64,000 nt of DNA from Scenedesmus sp. PABB004 (lineage: Eukaryota): positions 1,240,001-1,304,000 of the forward strand of contig CM026547.1 of the NCBI GenBank assembly GCA_014905635.1, read 5' to 3'. This document shows positions 45,765 through 58,847 of the stretch, piece after piece (the stretch's first letter is position 1; every line of letters begins with the position of its first letter). The position numbers and the translations under genes are program-made. Below the pieces are notes generated by a model. That model did no database searches and had not been told where the DNA came from. It saw only the letters and a list, made by a program, of their open reading frames with translations.

Positions 45765-48118
45765 ATGGCCCGCTACAGCGACATGGTCTGCGGCCCCGAC
45801 GACGACGACAGCGATGACGAGGTCGGGCACCCGGCGCACCACCGCGCCAAGCCGCGCCGCAAGTCCCACCAGCGCCCGCAGGTGCGGCGGCGGCGCAGCG
45901 CGCGCGCGCCGCTGCTGCGCGCCGCCGCGCGCGGCGCCCGACGCCCGCCACGCGGCGCCCGACGCGCGCGCAGGGCTCGGACCAGATCCGGCAGGCGTTC
46001 AGCAAGCGCAAGAAGGGCCTGGTGCTCAAGGCGTTCCAGCTCAACGCGCTCACGGACGCCAAGGCGCGCCCCCGCCACGCGCATGCGCGCGCCCGCGCCG
46101 CCGCCCGCGCACGCCGCCCACGCACGCCCCCGCGCACGCCGTCCACGCACGCCGCCCACGCACGCCCCGCCGCCGCCGCGGGCGCAGGTGTTCATGTTTA
46201 TCGTGAACGAGAAGGGCACCTCCTGGGCCTACTCCACGCCCGGCTTCAGCGCCGCGCTGAACCCCGAGCTGCTCAAGGAGCTGCGCGGCCTCGCGGCGGT
46301 GCCGGAGCAGGCCAAGCTCGTCACGGAGGTGATGCCGGACCCGGTGAACGCCAAGGCGCCGGAGCCGACGCCGGCCGAGGCGGCGCGCCGCGCGGCCGAG
46401 GCGGCGGCCGCCGCCGCGGCGTACGCGGTGCCGACCACGCGCACCGCGACGGGCTCGCTGCCGGCGCGCAGCCGCGCCAGCTGCAGCGGCGCCGGCGCCG
46501 GCGCGGGCGCGGGCGCCGCCGAGGCGGCGGCGCAGCCGGCCGAGAGCCCCGCGCTCGCACGCAGCGGCAGCACCACCACCAACACGCGCCTGCCGTCGGC
46601 GGCGCACAGCGAGGAGGCGTCGCCGGACAAGTGCGGGCGCGCGCAGCCGCCGTCGGGCAGCAGCATGGCGGCCGCGCCGCCGCGCGGCGGCGCCGGCGCG
46701 GCGGCGGCGGCGCAGTGGCCCCCGCGCGGCGCGGTGCCGGGCGGCAAAGCGCTGGGCCTGGAGCCGCCCACGCCCTGCGGCGTGTATGGCGCGCCCGGCA
46801 GCGCGGGCGCCGCCAACGACAGCCCCACCGTGGTCAGCGGCGAGCTCGCGGCGAGCTGCGCCTCGCCCGCGGCGGGGCCCCCCCTGCAGCCGCCGCCCGA
46901 CGCCGCGTTCCTCGCGGTCGCGGGCGCTGGCCCCGCGGCGGCGCCCCTCGGGGGCGGCGAGGCCGACGCGCAGCGCTGCTGGGCGGCGGCCGGCGGGCGG
47001 TGCGCGCCACCGGGCGCGGCGTGGCTGGCGGCGCAGGCGGCGCCGGCATGGAGCGCCGGCATGTACGCGCAGCAGGCCGCAGCGGCGACGGCGGCGTACG
47101 GCGAGATGCAGTACGCGCAGCAGGGGGCGTACGGCGCAGCAGACGGCTGGGCGGCGGTCGAGGTCAAGCGCGACGTCGAGAGCCCCTGGCGCAGCGACGG
47201 CCCAGCGGAGTGCGGCCTGGTGCGCATGCGCAGCACCAACTCGTCGCGCATGCCCTGCCCCGGCGACGGCGCGGGCGGCGGCCGGCCGCCGGGCGCCGCG
47301 TGCTGGGGCGCCGCCGAGGGCGCGGCGGCGGGGGTCGTGCCGGAGGGCGGCTTTGAGCGCATGCTGCGCGGCCTGCCGCCGCTGCGCGTGGCGCGGCCCT
47401 CGCCCGGCGGCGAGTGGCGCGAGGCGCCCGACGGCGCGCGCAGCGCGCCCGCCGCGGCCGGCGGGCCGGGCCTCGGCCGGCCGTCGCAGTGGCTCGAGTT
47501 TGCGGCGCCGCCGGAGCAGCTGCGCGGCATGAGCGACGCGGGCTGCGGCTACGGCGCGAGCAGCAGCGGCTACTCCAGCCCCTACTCGGGCAGCGCCTAC
47601 GGCCGCGCCGGCGCGGCCAGCCCCGAGGCCGGCCAGCGGGCGAGCCCCGGGGGCGCGGCCGCGCTGCGGCGCGGCGGCGGGCGCGACGCGTCGGCCGACC
47701 CCTCGCCCACCGCGGCGCTGAGCAGCCAGCTGTGCAGCATGCTCGCCGTCGGCTCGCCGCTGCATCCCTCGGCGCAGGCCCGCGCGGCGTTCTGGCCCGG
47801 CCCCGCCGCCGGCTGGGCCGGCGCCGGCGGCGCGGACGGCCCGCCCGCGGGCGCGCAGCCGCAGCAGCCGCAGCCGCAGCAGCTGCGCGGGCCGGGCGGG
47901 CCCGGGCACAACCAGGGCGCATACATGCCGCTCACCGACGACCTGGTGGCCGACCCGCTCATGGATATGCTGCTCGACCAGGCCATGTCGGGGCGCAGCA
48001 CGCCGACCGGCCACGGCCACGGCCGCGGCTGCGGCGGCCAGACGACGGTGAGCATCATGGAGGCCACGCTCTCGGCGCCGCCGGCGGCGCCGGCGCCGCC
48101 CTACGCGGCGCCCGGCGG

Positions 48119-48149
<31 letters not shown>

Positions 48150-49226
48150 GGGGAGTCGCAGGCGGCGCTGGTGGGGCTGCTGATGGCGCACATCCCGCTG
48201 CCGCCCAAGAGCGACGCCGACAAGCCAGCGTGGCAGGAGCAGGCGCGCGGCATCCTCGCCACGCTGCAGCTGCCGCCGCAGCAGCGCGAGCAGGTGCGCG
48301 CGCTGCTGGACCAGATGGCCGGCGGCGGCGGCGGCGTCACCGCCAGCAGCCCCTGCAGCCCGCCGGTGTGCGGCGGCGGGGGCGGCTACCGCGCGCCGGG
48401 CGCGGCGCCAGGCGGCAAGCAGCGCCACGGCCCCAGCCGGCTGAGCGCGAGCACCAGCCAGGCCAACGACGGCGGCGACGGCGACGGCAGCGGCGGCGAC
48501 GGCCTCGCCGGCGGGGGCATGGCGGGCTACGTCGCCGCGGACGGCAGCTTCTGCGCCGCGGGCGGCGCGCTGCCGCCGGGCTGCCTGCCCATGGGCGCGC
48601 CGCTGCGCGCGCTGCCGGGCGGCCTGGGCGGCTTCTGCGGCGCGGGCGGCGGCGGCCTGGCGGCTGGCCAGATGCTGGCGCCCCCCAGCGCGTTTGCGGC
48701 GGCTGCCGGCGTGGCCGGCGCGCCGCCGACCTGCTCCAGCCCGCTGAAGCGCGGCCAGCCGTGCGGCGCGTTTGGCGGCGGCGAGCCCGCGGGCGAGCGG
48801 GCGCCGCTCCTGCCCGAGCAGGGCGGCAGCCCGCTGAAGCGCGCGTGCCGTGAGCTGCCGGAGCCGCCGAGCTTTGCCACGCTGCTGCAGACGGAGCTGG
48901 GCGAGGACGACGCCGTCGCGTGGGCCGCGTCGGCCGCGGCCAACGACGGCCTGCGCCTCGCCGGCTCGGTGGGCAGCTTCCTGAAGTTTGATAGCCTCGC
49001 CAAGTACGAGAGCCGCGACTCGCTGCCGGGCTTTGTCACCGCGGCGGGCTGCGAGGGCGCCGCCGGCACGCTCGCGGGCGCGGGCTCGGCGTCGCTCGGC
49101 AGCGGCGGCGGCGCCGCGAGGCCCGGCGCCGCGCTGCCGCCCGACGGGCTGGAGGGCCTGCAGGGCGGCGGCAGCCTGGACGGCGCCGACTCCCTGATGG
49201 CCGAGCTGGAGGAGCCCGCAGCGTGA
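45765..49226 (+). CDS. MADS-box (SRF-like) transcription factor with ~1000-aa low-complexity C-terminus
   Basis: Exons 45765-45881, 45974-46063 and 46188-49226. IRQAFSKRKKGLVLKAFQLNALTDAK|VFMFIVNEKGTSWAYST matches the MADS core. Intron 2 is GC-AG. Confidence 0.85.
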
Positions 49227-51638
49227 GGGAGCGCGGCCCGGCGGCGCTGCAGCCAGCGCCCGGGGCGGGGCAGCGGCGGCCCGAGGCGCCCGCCGGGGGC
49301 AGCCCAGCGCATTTTCCGCGCCGGCTGCCGGCGTGCTGCGCGCTGGGCTGTGCCGGTTCAGGCGATTGGTTGCTGGAACAGCAACGGCAGGGAGCAACTG
49401 AATTGCGTTGGGTTCAGTTCTGCGAGGAGGACCGCGGCCGCCCGCCGGCGCGGCCGCGGACGCGCTGCACGCCGAGCGCGCCGAGCACGCCCGCCCCGGC
49501 TCGGGGCGTGCGCCGCCGGCGGCCCGGCGGCGCCCTGTACCTATGCCGGCTGCGGCGGTTGGCAAACCAGAGCAGGAGTAGCTTGCCTTGCGTTGCAGAG
49601 CGCGGCGTGTGCACTTGACTAGGTGTTGCAGCGTTGACCAGCGCGCGTGGTGTTGCCCGAGCGAGCGCCGCCCCCTGAAAGCAAGGGGGCGCAGCACTGC
49701 CAGTTTCGGTTCCGCCCGCGCACGCAGGCTTTGAGCAGACTAGACATTTGCCATGCCTCACGCTGCATTCCTGCAAAATGAACGCCGGGCGCCCGCTGGC
49801 ATGCACGTGGTGCGGCGCCGGGCGGCCCGCACGGGCCCTGCCGGGCGGCGGCGTTGCGCGGCGGCGGCGGCGCGTGCGCGTGACGCGGCGGCCGCACGCC
49901 CTCTGGTGCACCGCAAGCGATTCTTCTTCTCAGACACATAGCCATGCTGCTGCGCGCGCCCTCCCTCGCTGCGCGCCCGGCTGGCCCGGCTGGCGCCACG
50001 GCGCCCGCCGCGGCGGGCCTGCGGCGATTTTGGCGCCTGCGTGGGGCGCCCGCGTGCGCCTCTCGGCTGCCCCTCGCGGCAGCGCTCGCGCGCATTGTTG
50101 TTTGGTGGTGGCGCGCTGCGAAAGCGCCTCGCCGTGCGCCGCGCCGCTGCTGCAGCCGGCGGCGCAGAGAGAGATGCCTGGGCGGGTGCCGTGCTGGCGG
50201 GGCGGCAAATCGCCGCCCCCGCCGGGCTGGGCGGGGCTGCACGGTGCACGATGCATGGTGCACGGTGCAGTGCACTGGGGAGGCAGGTGGGGGAGGGCGA
50301 ATTGTTCGGGTGGCGGGGCGGGCGTGTGGGCTGCGTCGGGCTGGTTCCCTCGGGGGGCGTTGTTGACGCGCACCGGCACACGGGCACGGCATCACTCAGC
50401 GGCAGCGGGGTTTGGTCGCCCGGCATGGCTTGTTCGCAGCGTGCAAGGGGGGGGGGGGCGCTGGCGCCGGTGGTGGCTCCGCGCCGCGCGGATGCCGACG
50501 GGGGTGCGCGGGCTTGCATAGTCGTGTGAAGCTTGCTGCCGCGAGGGGTTGTACAGCTTGACAGTCGCTGCGAGCGAGCGCCTGCCCGGCGCGCCGGTGG
50601 TAATGGCCGTCTGGCCGTCATGCGTCGTCGCGCGCGCTTACCGCGCCGCGCTGCTCGGCCGGCGCGGGCGCCCCGCCGTGTGCAGGCGGCGCGCACCGGC
50701 GGCGTTCAGCGGTGATGATCGGGGCGTCTGGTGCGGAGGTCGGCGCGGCGGGCGAGACGGAGCGGGCGCGCTGCGCTGCGTTGACTAGAGACTCAGTCTC
50801 GCTGACCCGCCGCTCCGAGACCTCAAACGCCGCCGCGGGGCACTCCATCGATCCGAACGGCCTGTACTGTGCTCCAGCCGCGCCGGGGCAGCCCTGGTCG
50901 GTCGCGCGCACGCGCAGGCCCGGCGCAGTTGTGCGTACCAGAGTCGCCAGCGCCCCGGCCCCACGGCGGCCGGTGCAGCTCTACCGCGCGCCACAGTGCC
51001 TACCCGCGCCTCGCCGGAGCCCCTCCGCACGCCCAGGAGCGCGCAGGGCGCGCGCGCGCAGCGGCGAGCTCCTCGCGCGCAGCCAGCGCTGGCGCAGCCC
51101 CAGCGCGGGCCGCAGGGCCCCCGCTGAGCACCGATGCCACTCAACAACCGGACGCTCCGGGCGGCGCTCGGGCGCGCGCCCGGGCTCCTGCTGGCCTGCC
51201 GGCCCTGGTGAGCCCCCCCGCGCCGCGCGGGCATGCTGCTGCGCCGGCCGGGCAGCGCGCGCCGGCGCGCCCCGCGGGCCCGCACGCCGCGGCACGCCCG
51301 TAGCCGCACACGAGCGCGTTCAGGGCGGGTCGGCGGGGCGGGGCGGTCATTTTTGGCGCTTGGAACGCGGCTGGACTCACGCGACCGTCCCGCCCCGCCC
51401 GCCCCGCCTTCGCCGCGCGCCCCGCCGCCGCCCATTGTGCCCGCCGCCCATGATTGCCTCCCCCGCCAGGCGGCCGCTGTCCCACGCCCGCGCACGCAGT
51501 CGAGCACCGCCCCAGGCACGCCGCTCGGCGACGCCGGGGCGCGTCTTGCGTGGCGCGGGCGCGGCCATCAGCGTCTTCGCCTGGGCCGGCTTCTCATCGC
51601 GCGCAGCGCCGGCGCCGCGGTCGCGCGCGGTCAGCGAC

Positions 51639-53894
51639 ATGGGCGGCCCGATCAGCGAGCTGGAGCCCCAGGTGCGCGTTCACGGCGCGTTCCCGGCCCT
51701 CCTCACCCCGCACAATGCGCCCGGGCGCGCGGCGGGGCCGCGCGGCGCGCGGGGCGCAGCGTTCCCCGGGCGGCGTGCCGCGCGGCTAGGGAACGCTCAC
51801 TTTTCGAGCCCCCCCCCCCCGCTCGCGCCGGGGCCCGCCCGCGGCGCGCGCGCGCTCCTGGGGCACTGACGAGCTCGCAGGAGCACGTTACCGCGTGGGC
51901 GGGCCGTCGCGCCGCGCCGCGCCGAGGCCATCTGCCTCACACGCCGCCGCCGCTGCCCCCGCCGCCGCCGGCGGCGCAGGACGTGCGCTGCGCCACGCTG
52001 CTGAGCGAGCTGGTGTACCGCGCCGCCGACTGCCGCACGGACGCGTGCTTCGACGCGGCCAAGGCGGCGGTCGAGGCGGAGCTCGGCGCGGCGCTGCCGG
52101 CGGTGCGGCGCGCCAAGTCGGGCGGCCAGCGCTACCTGGTCGCGGAGACCGGGTCGGCCATCTACGTCGCCTTCCTGGGCACCAAGCACGCCGCCGACTG
52201 GCTCGCCAACCTCGCGTTCTTCCACAGCCCGCTCTGGTGCCACGGCCGCGGCGGCGCGGGCGGCGCGGGCGCCGACGCCGACGCGGCGCGCGACGCCGAC
52301 GCGGCCGCGCTCGACGGCGACGGCGGCAGCAGCGCCGCGAGCTTTGCGAGCAGCGCCGGCAGCGCGGGCAGCGGCAGCGCGCGCGCGCACGTGGGCTTCC
52401 TGCGCCGCGCCAACCAGTCGGCGCTGTCCATCACGGAGCTCTACTCCGCCGCGGCGGCGGCGGGCAAGCGCCTCGTGCTGACGGGGCACAGCCTCGGCGG
52501 CGCGGTCGCGACGCTCACGGCCGTGCGCCTGCTGCGCAAGCTCGCGGGCGCCGGCGGCGACGCGGGCGCCGACCCGCGCATCCGCTGCATCAGCTTCGCG
52601 ACGCCCGCAGTTGCCAACACCGACCTGCTGACCGAGGTCGCCGAGGCGGGCTGGGACCGCTACATCCAAAACATCCTCATGCCGGGTGCGGCGCGCGCGC
52701 GCGCGGGAGCTAGCAGCGGCGCGGGCGCGCCCCTCGCCCCTGGCCCGCCACGGCCGCCCGCTCGCTCGCTCGCTCGCTGCGCGCCGCTCACGCCGCCGCT
52801 CACGCGCCTGCCGCTGCCGCCGTGTGCGCGCAGAGGACCCGGTGGTGCCCTTTGTCAACCTGCTGCTCAAGGCGCCGCCGGCGTCTGCGGCGCCGAGCGA
52901 GGACGGCAGCGCGCGCAGCTGGCGCCTCGCGACCGGCGGCGGCGGGCCGGGCAGCGCCGTGCCCAGCCTGTCGCTCTCCAGCCGCACCGCGTCGTGGGAG
53001 AGCCTCGGCGAGCTGCAGCTGGCGGGCGGCCTGCCGTCGCCGCTGGGCGGCGGCGGCGGCTGGGAGTTTGAGTACTCCAGCGGCGGCGGCGCGGCGCGCG
53101 CGCTCGCGGGCTCGGCCACCGCGGCGGCGCTCGGCGGCGGCAGCGGCGGCGGCGCGCTGTCGCCCTCGCCGCTCGGCGGCAGCCAGGAGCTCACCAGCTG
53201 GCTGGCCGCCGCGCGCAGCGCGGTCGCGCGCCGCCGCCAGCAGCGGCGCTGCGCCGCGCTCCCGCGCAGCCTGAGCGAGGCGAGCGAGGCGCACAGCAGC
53301 AGCGACGCCGACCTCGCAAGCCTCACGGCCGACAGCTGGGGCGGCGCGCCCAGCCCGCGCGGGCCGGGGCTGGAGGCGTTCACGCGCAGCCTCGAGGCGT
53401 CGCCGCTCGGCGGCGCGCCCGACGCCGCGGCGGCGCCGGCGCCGCCGGCCGCCGCCGCGCGGCCGCGCTGGCACCAGCGCCGCATCACGCGCGCCTCGCT
53501 CGCGCTCGTCACCGGCGTGCTCGCGGCGGGCGCGCGCTGCGCCGCGGCGCTCGGCGCGACGGGCATCATCGGCGGCGCGCTCGCGCCGCACGTCGGCCTG
53601 CTCGGCCTGCTCCCCGGCGTGCCGGCGGCGCTGCTGAGCGCGCCCGCGGCGCTCGCGGCGGTGCACCTGCTCGGCAGCGCGACGTTCAAGCTCGCGCTGC
53701 CGGTGACGCACCCGCTGGGGCAGCAGTGGGTGATGACGGGCGCGGGGCTGCAGCGCCTCGACCGCCCGCTCAAGTCGTACGCGCGCAACGACGACAGCCT
53801 GCGGCTCAAGGAGCTTGGCGGCCTCTTCCCGGGGCATCGCATGATCGCCTACCGCCGGCGCATGGTCGCGCTCATCCGGGAGGGCTGGCAGTGA
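51639..53894 (+). CDS. Class 3 lipase (alpha/beta hydrolase)
   Basis: IYVAFLGT...DWLANL, AHVGFLRRA, VLTGHSLGGAVA (GxSxG), CISFATPAVAN, EDPVVP (Asp) and GHRMIAY (His). Two introns (~51672-51979, ~52686-52833). Confidence 0.88.
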
Positions 53895-55056
53895 GCGGCG
53901 CGGGCGGGGGCGGCCCCCGCCGCGCCGCGCCGCGCGACGGGGGCTTTCCAAGTTGTACGAGCCGGCGCGGGCCGGCGGCTCCATCCGAGCCGCCGGCGCC
54001 GCGGCACGTGTGGCGCGCCGACGGCCAGCGCTGCTGTGTGCTGTGCTGCGCGGCGCGCTGAACGCTGGCGCCTGAACGCTGGCGCCCTAAAACGAGCCCC
54101 TCTTTTTGGCACGGCCCCTCCGGCCGTGTGCTGCAGCGCGCACACTGTACTCGCGCACGTGTGTCGGCACACGCACAGCCCCGCGGCCGCCCGGCCGGCC
54201 CCGCTGCAACGCGGGCGGGCGGCGCACGCGCAGCGCCGGCGGCCGGCGCCCCGACTGGGCTGGGCTGGGCTGCGCCGCGCAGGCCATCGCCGGCGCGCGG
54301 CGCGCTCAGCACCCAGCAAGCACTCCTGCCGGGCGGCGGCGCCTGCGCGCGCCCCGCCCGGCCTCGGCGCACCGCGCGGCATGCGCGCTGCGCTCCTGTA
54401 CAGCAGCAGTCGACTGACGCCCCAATCCTTGTGCATAACCGAAGACCCCCTGGCAGCGTGCTGACCTTTGCAGCGTGCTGTGAGCCGTTTGATGATGATA
54501 AATGATGGTGTCGTCCTGAGTGCTCTGACCCGCGCGGCTGCGAGGCTGCGCGTCAGCGGCGCGCCGCCCCCTGCGGCGGCCCTACTGCAGCTGGCCCGCC
54601 GATCTGTACAATGGCGAGGCGGCGCGCGCCGCCGACTGACGCAGCGTGCGAGCGGCGAACGCAGGCTGCGTGTGTGCTGTGCAGCTTGGCAGGGTTGGGT
54701 GCGAGCGCTGGCTTGGCCGAGGGCGTGCGCCCGCGTGCTGGCCTGCTCTCGAGAAGGCGATGGGCTGGGCTGAGGCTGGGCGGCAGCCGCCGGCGCGGCG
54801 GCCCCGGTGTGTCACCGGCTCGCGGCGCCCTGCGCGGCGCACATTGATTGCGGCTGGCCCGCCGGGTGGTGGATGCGCACTGCATTGCGCGTGGCAGACT
54901 CTGCACAGCGCCGCCGCGCCCGTGAGCGTGCGGCTGCCATCGCAGTCGGGCTCTGCTGGGCCGCGCGCCCGAGAGAGTAACCGCCACGCTGTGCGTCGCG
55001 CCGCGTCTCGCACAGCAGCAAAAGGAGACTTTACAGCCCGGCCCTCGGCCACTGCG

Positions 55057-57326
55057 TCAGCCCTCCTCGCCCTCCTCCTCCTCCTCCAGTTCCTCCTCCT
55101 CCTCCTCGCCCTCCTGCTCCTCCATTTCCTCCTCCTCCTCCTCTGCCTCCTCGCCCTCCTCCTCCTCCTCCTCCTCGCCCTCCTCCCCCTCGTCGTCGTC
55201 CCAGAGCTCGTCAAAGCCCCGCCCGCGGTACTGGCGCGGCACGGCGCCGGCGCTGTAGCGCGCGGCCAGCCAGGCGGGGTACCCCGGGTGCGTGGCCACA
55301 AACGCGCGGCCGCTCATGCTCACCGCCGCCTTGAGCCCCGTGGGCACGCCGCGCCGGCCGGCCGACAGGAAGGCGAGCCGCGCGAGGCGCAGCTCCTCCA
55401 TGCGCAGCGCGCGCGCGATGTTGACCGGGTTGGCCATCAGCTGCCTGCAAGCGCGGCCGGGCGCCAGCGGCGGTGGGCGCGCGGCGCCGCAGCGCGGGCG
55501 GCGGCGGGGCCACGGCGGGCGGCGCCGCTTGGCGGCGGGGCTCGCCTGTACTCGGCCGCCCAGGCGCGGCGGCGGCCGGCCAGCGCCTTGAAGCTCGCCG
55601 TGCTGACTGCGAGCTGGCCGGGCGAGCAGCACAGCACGCTGGGGTCGTACTCCACCACCTGCGCGCGGAGCCGCCGCACCGGCGCATGAGCGCATGAGCA
55701 CCGAGCGCACCAGGCAGCCGCCGGCTCGCCGCCGCGGCGCGGCGCGCGGGCGCGCGCCGCGCACCTGGAGCAACGCCTCCGGCCCGAGCTGGTAGGTCGA
55801 GCGCAGCACGCCCAGCGCGCCGGCGATGGCGCCGGGCTCGCGCAGCAGCAGGGCGGGCTCCTGCAGCCCCGGCGTCGCGTGCGCAAGCGAGCGGGGCGCG
55901 CGTGGGCGCGCGGCCAGGCGCGGGCTCGGCGCGGCGAGGCCCGCTGCGCGCCCGCACCTGCAGCAGGATGTCGGCTGCCACCTCTGGCGGCGCGTCCAGC
56001 GCGGTGGCGAGCTCCACCAGCAAATCGGCCGGCTGCCCCGGCGGCACCAGCAGCGCGGCGGGCGCCCTGCGGCGGCGGGCGCGCGGAGTTGGGCGGCGGC
56101 CGGCGGGGCGGGGGCCCGGCAGCGCAGCGCGGCCGTGGCGGCGCGCACCTGCGCAGCGCCAGCGCCGCGCCCTGCTCGCTCAGCTGCAGCACCTGCTGCA
56201 GCCCCGCCGCGCGCGCGTACAGCTGCGCCGCCGGCGTGACGAGCAGCCGCGCTCCACGCTGCGCCAGCAGCGCCGGCAGCAGGCGCGCCAGCTGCCAGCC
56301 GCACACCTGCTCCAGCGCCTCCACCGAGCTGACCAGCTCCGCGGGCTCGGCGCCGAGCAGGCGCGGCTCGGCGCACACCAGCGCCGCGAGCCGCCGGCGC
56401 CACCGCCGCCGCGCGCGGTCGCGCCGGCGCTGCCTCGCCGCCGCCGCCGCCGCCGCAGCAGGCGGCGGCGGCGCCTCGCGCGCGTGCTGCCGCTGCCCGC
56501 CCTCCTCGTCCTGCTCCGGCCGCAGGCCCAGCACGCCCGCCAGCAGCTCCAGCTGGGCCGCGAGCTCCTGCTGCGACATGAGCAGCAGCCGCGCGCGCAG
56601 CCGCGCCGCCTGCGGCGCGCGCCACGACAGCAGGCGCGGCAGCGGGACGCGCAGCACGCCCGCCGCCTCGCCCAGGCGCGCCGCGAGCGTGGCTTGCGGC
56701 CGCGCCAGCAGGTCTGGCAGCGCCAGCGCCGCGCGGACCAGCACCGCCGGCGCGACGGGCAGCGCCGCCTGCAGCGCCGCCCAGTTGGACGCCAGCTGCG
56801 GCCGCGGCAGCAGCGCGGCGTCCGGGCACGCCAGCATGAGCAGCCGCGCGTCCGCGCCGCTCACGCGAAGCACCTCGCACAGGGCGGCCTCCGCGCTGTC
56901 TGGCACGCCGTCGGGGAAGGGCGCCAGGCGCACGGCGCGGCGCGGGCCGCCCGGGGGCGGCGCTCGCTGCTGCTGCTGCTCCGCGCGGCTGGCCGCGCGG
57001 CGAGCCGCCGCGGCGCCCCGGCGCGGCGCCCGCCACGCGTCCCCAGCCTGCGCACAGGAGGGCTGGGTCACGCGGAGACCGCCGCTGCCCAGGGCCCACT
57101 GCAGCGCCAGCGTCTGCCGCGTGCCGGCCGCGGCAGCAGCGGCAGCGGCGGGCGGGACGCGCTGCGCGGCGGCGCAGGGCGTGCCGCGCCGCCGCCGCGC
57201 CAGCTGCGCTGAGGCGACGCCAGCCTGGGAGGTGCTCGGCAGCCCGCCGGCCGCTGCTGCCGGCGCCGCGCCCGGCAGGGCCCGCGGGGGCGCCGGCCCT
57301 GGCGCTGCCCCGGCGAGCGCATGCAT
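55057..57326 (-). CDS. mTERF-like helical-repeat protein, plastid-targeting-like leader, Glu-rich C-terminal tail
   Basis: Recurrent ~30-35 aa units with a P-x-LL signature (ACPDAALL, ALPDLLA, AEPRLLG, EPALLL, YDPSVL). Four introns, the last GC-AG (donor 55545). Acidic tail at 55060-55200. Confidence 0.55.
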
Positions 57327-57536
57327 GCGACGAGAGTGGAGCGCGGTGAGACTAGGTCGTGGCGGTCGGGGCGGGAGCTGGGGAAGCCCGTTGGCAGCGC
57401 GCTGGTCGCGCGCGTCCGCCTGCCGGGCTCCTCGCGCCCACGCACCGCCGCAGCTCGCGCACCGCAGTGGAACAAACTAGCTAGCCGTTTTATGCACCAT
57501 GAGCTGCTGAAGGAGGCTCTCCGGCGTCGCAGCAGC

Positions 57537-58803
57537 ATGGCCGCGCGCGCGAGATGGCGCGCGCGCCCCGCGCTGGCGCTGCTGGCGCTGGCGCTGCTGG
57601 CACTGGTCGCCCCAGCACGTGCCAGCCACTCACGCAGCTTGTCCGCGATGCTGCGCAAGCTGGCGCAGCAGGTGCGTGGCGGCGGCGCGGCAGCAGCATC
57701 GGCCGCGCAGTACGTGCTGGCAGCGGCAGGCGCACCCGCCGGGCAGGCCCCGGGGCAGCAGAACAGGCGGCCAGGGCCAGGTCCAGGGCCTTCAGCCTGC
57801 CGCCGCCCGCAGGACGACGCCGCGCCGGCCGAGGCGGCCTGGACGGGCGGCGGGCTGCTGCACCACCACCCGCTGCTCGCGGCGGCGGGGCACCACCACG
57901 CGGGCTACCGCTACATGCTCACCCGGACGCAGCGCCAGCGCGGCCTCACGCACTACGGCAGCGCGGAGCGCCTGCGCGCGGCGCTCAGCCGCGCCATCAG
58001 CAGTGAGCCGGCGCTGCGCCCGCCGGCGAGGGGCCCGGCCCGAGCGCAGGCGGCGCGTGGTGCGGGCCACGGCGCCGCCGCCGCGGCCGCCGCCCACGCG
58101 CCGCGCGCCGCGCGACGCACGCCGCGCCGGCGCAGGCAAGAAGCTCACGGTCGCGGTCGTGGGCGGCAGCATCAGCGCGGGCACGGGCGCCGAGGACGCG
58201 CCGTCGTGGGTGGACCGGCTCGAGGCGTACCTGCGCGACACCTACGGCCGCGGCGCGGGCGTCAACGTGACCGTGAACAACGGCGCCGTGCCGGGCACGA
58301 CGAGCGCGTACGCGGCGGCCTGCGCGCGGCGGCACGTGCCGGCCGACGCCGACGTGGTGGTGGTCGAGTACAGCGTGAACGACGAGTACTACGCCCTGCC
58401 GCCCCTGGACAACCCAGTGCGGTGAGCGACGCGAGCATGCGCGCGCGCGCGAGCCTGCGGGCGCCGCGGGCGGCAGCGCCGTCCGCCGCAGCCGCCGCCC
58501 GACGCCGCGCCGCGCGTCCTCCCCCCTACCCTGCCGCCCGGCGCGCGCAGGCGGCCGTACGAGCGGCTGCTGCGCAAGCTGCTGGCGCTGCCGGGGCGGC
58601 CCGCGGTGGTGCTGCTGCACGCGTACGCGTGGTTCAAGGCCGACCCCGCGGTGGGCACGTTCTACAACAACGCCGAGCGCGACCTCAACGAGCTCGCCGC
58701 CTACTACGGCCTGCCCGTGCTCTCGGTCAAGGGCTGCTGCTACGAGGCCATGCGCGACGGCGTGCCGGGCTTCCAGGCGCGCGGCCGCGGCGGCGGCGGC
58801 GGC

Positions 58804-58847
<44 letters not shown>

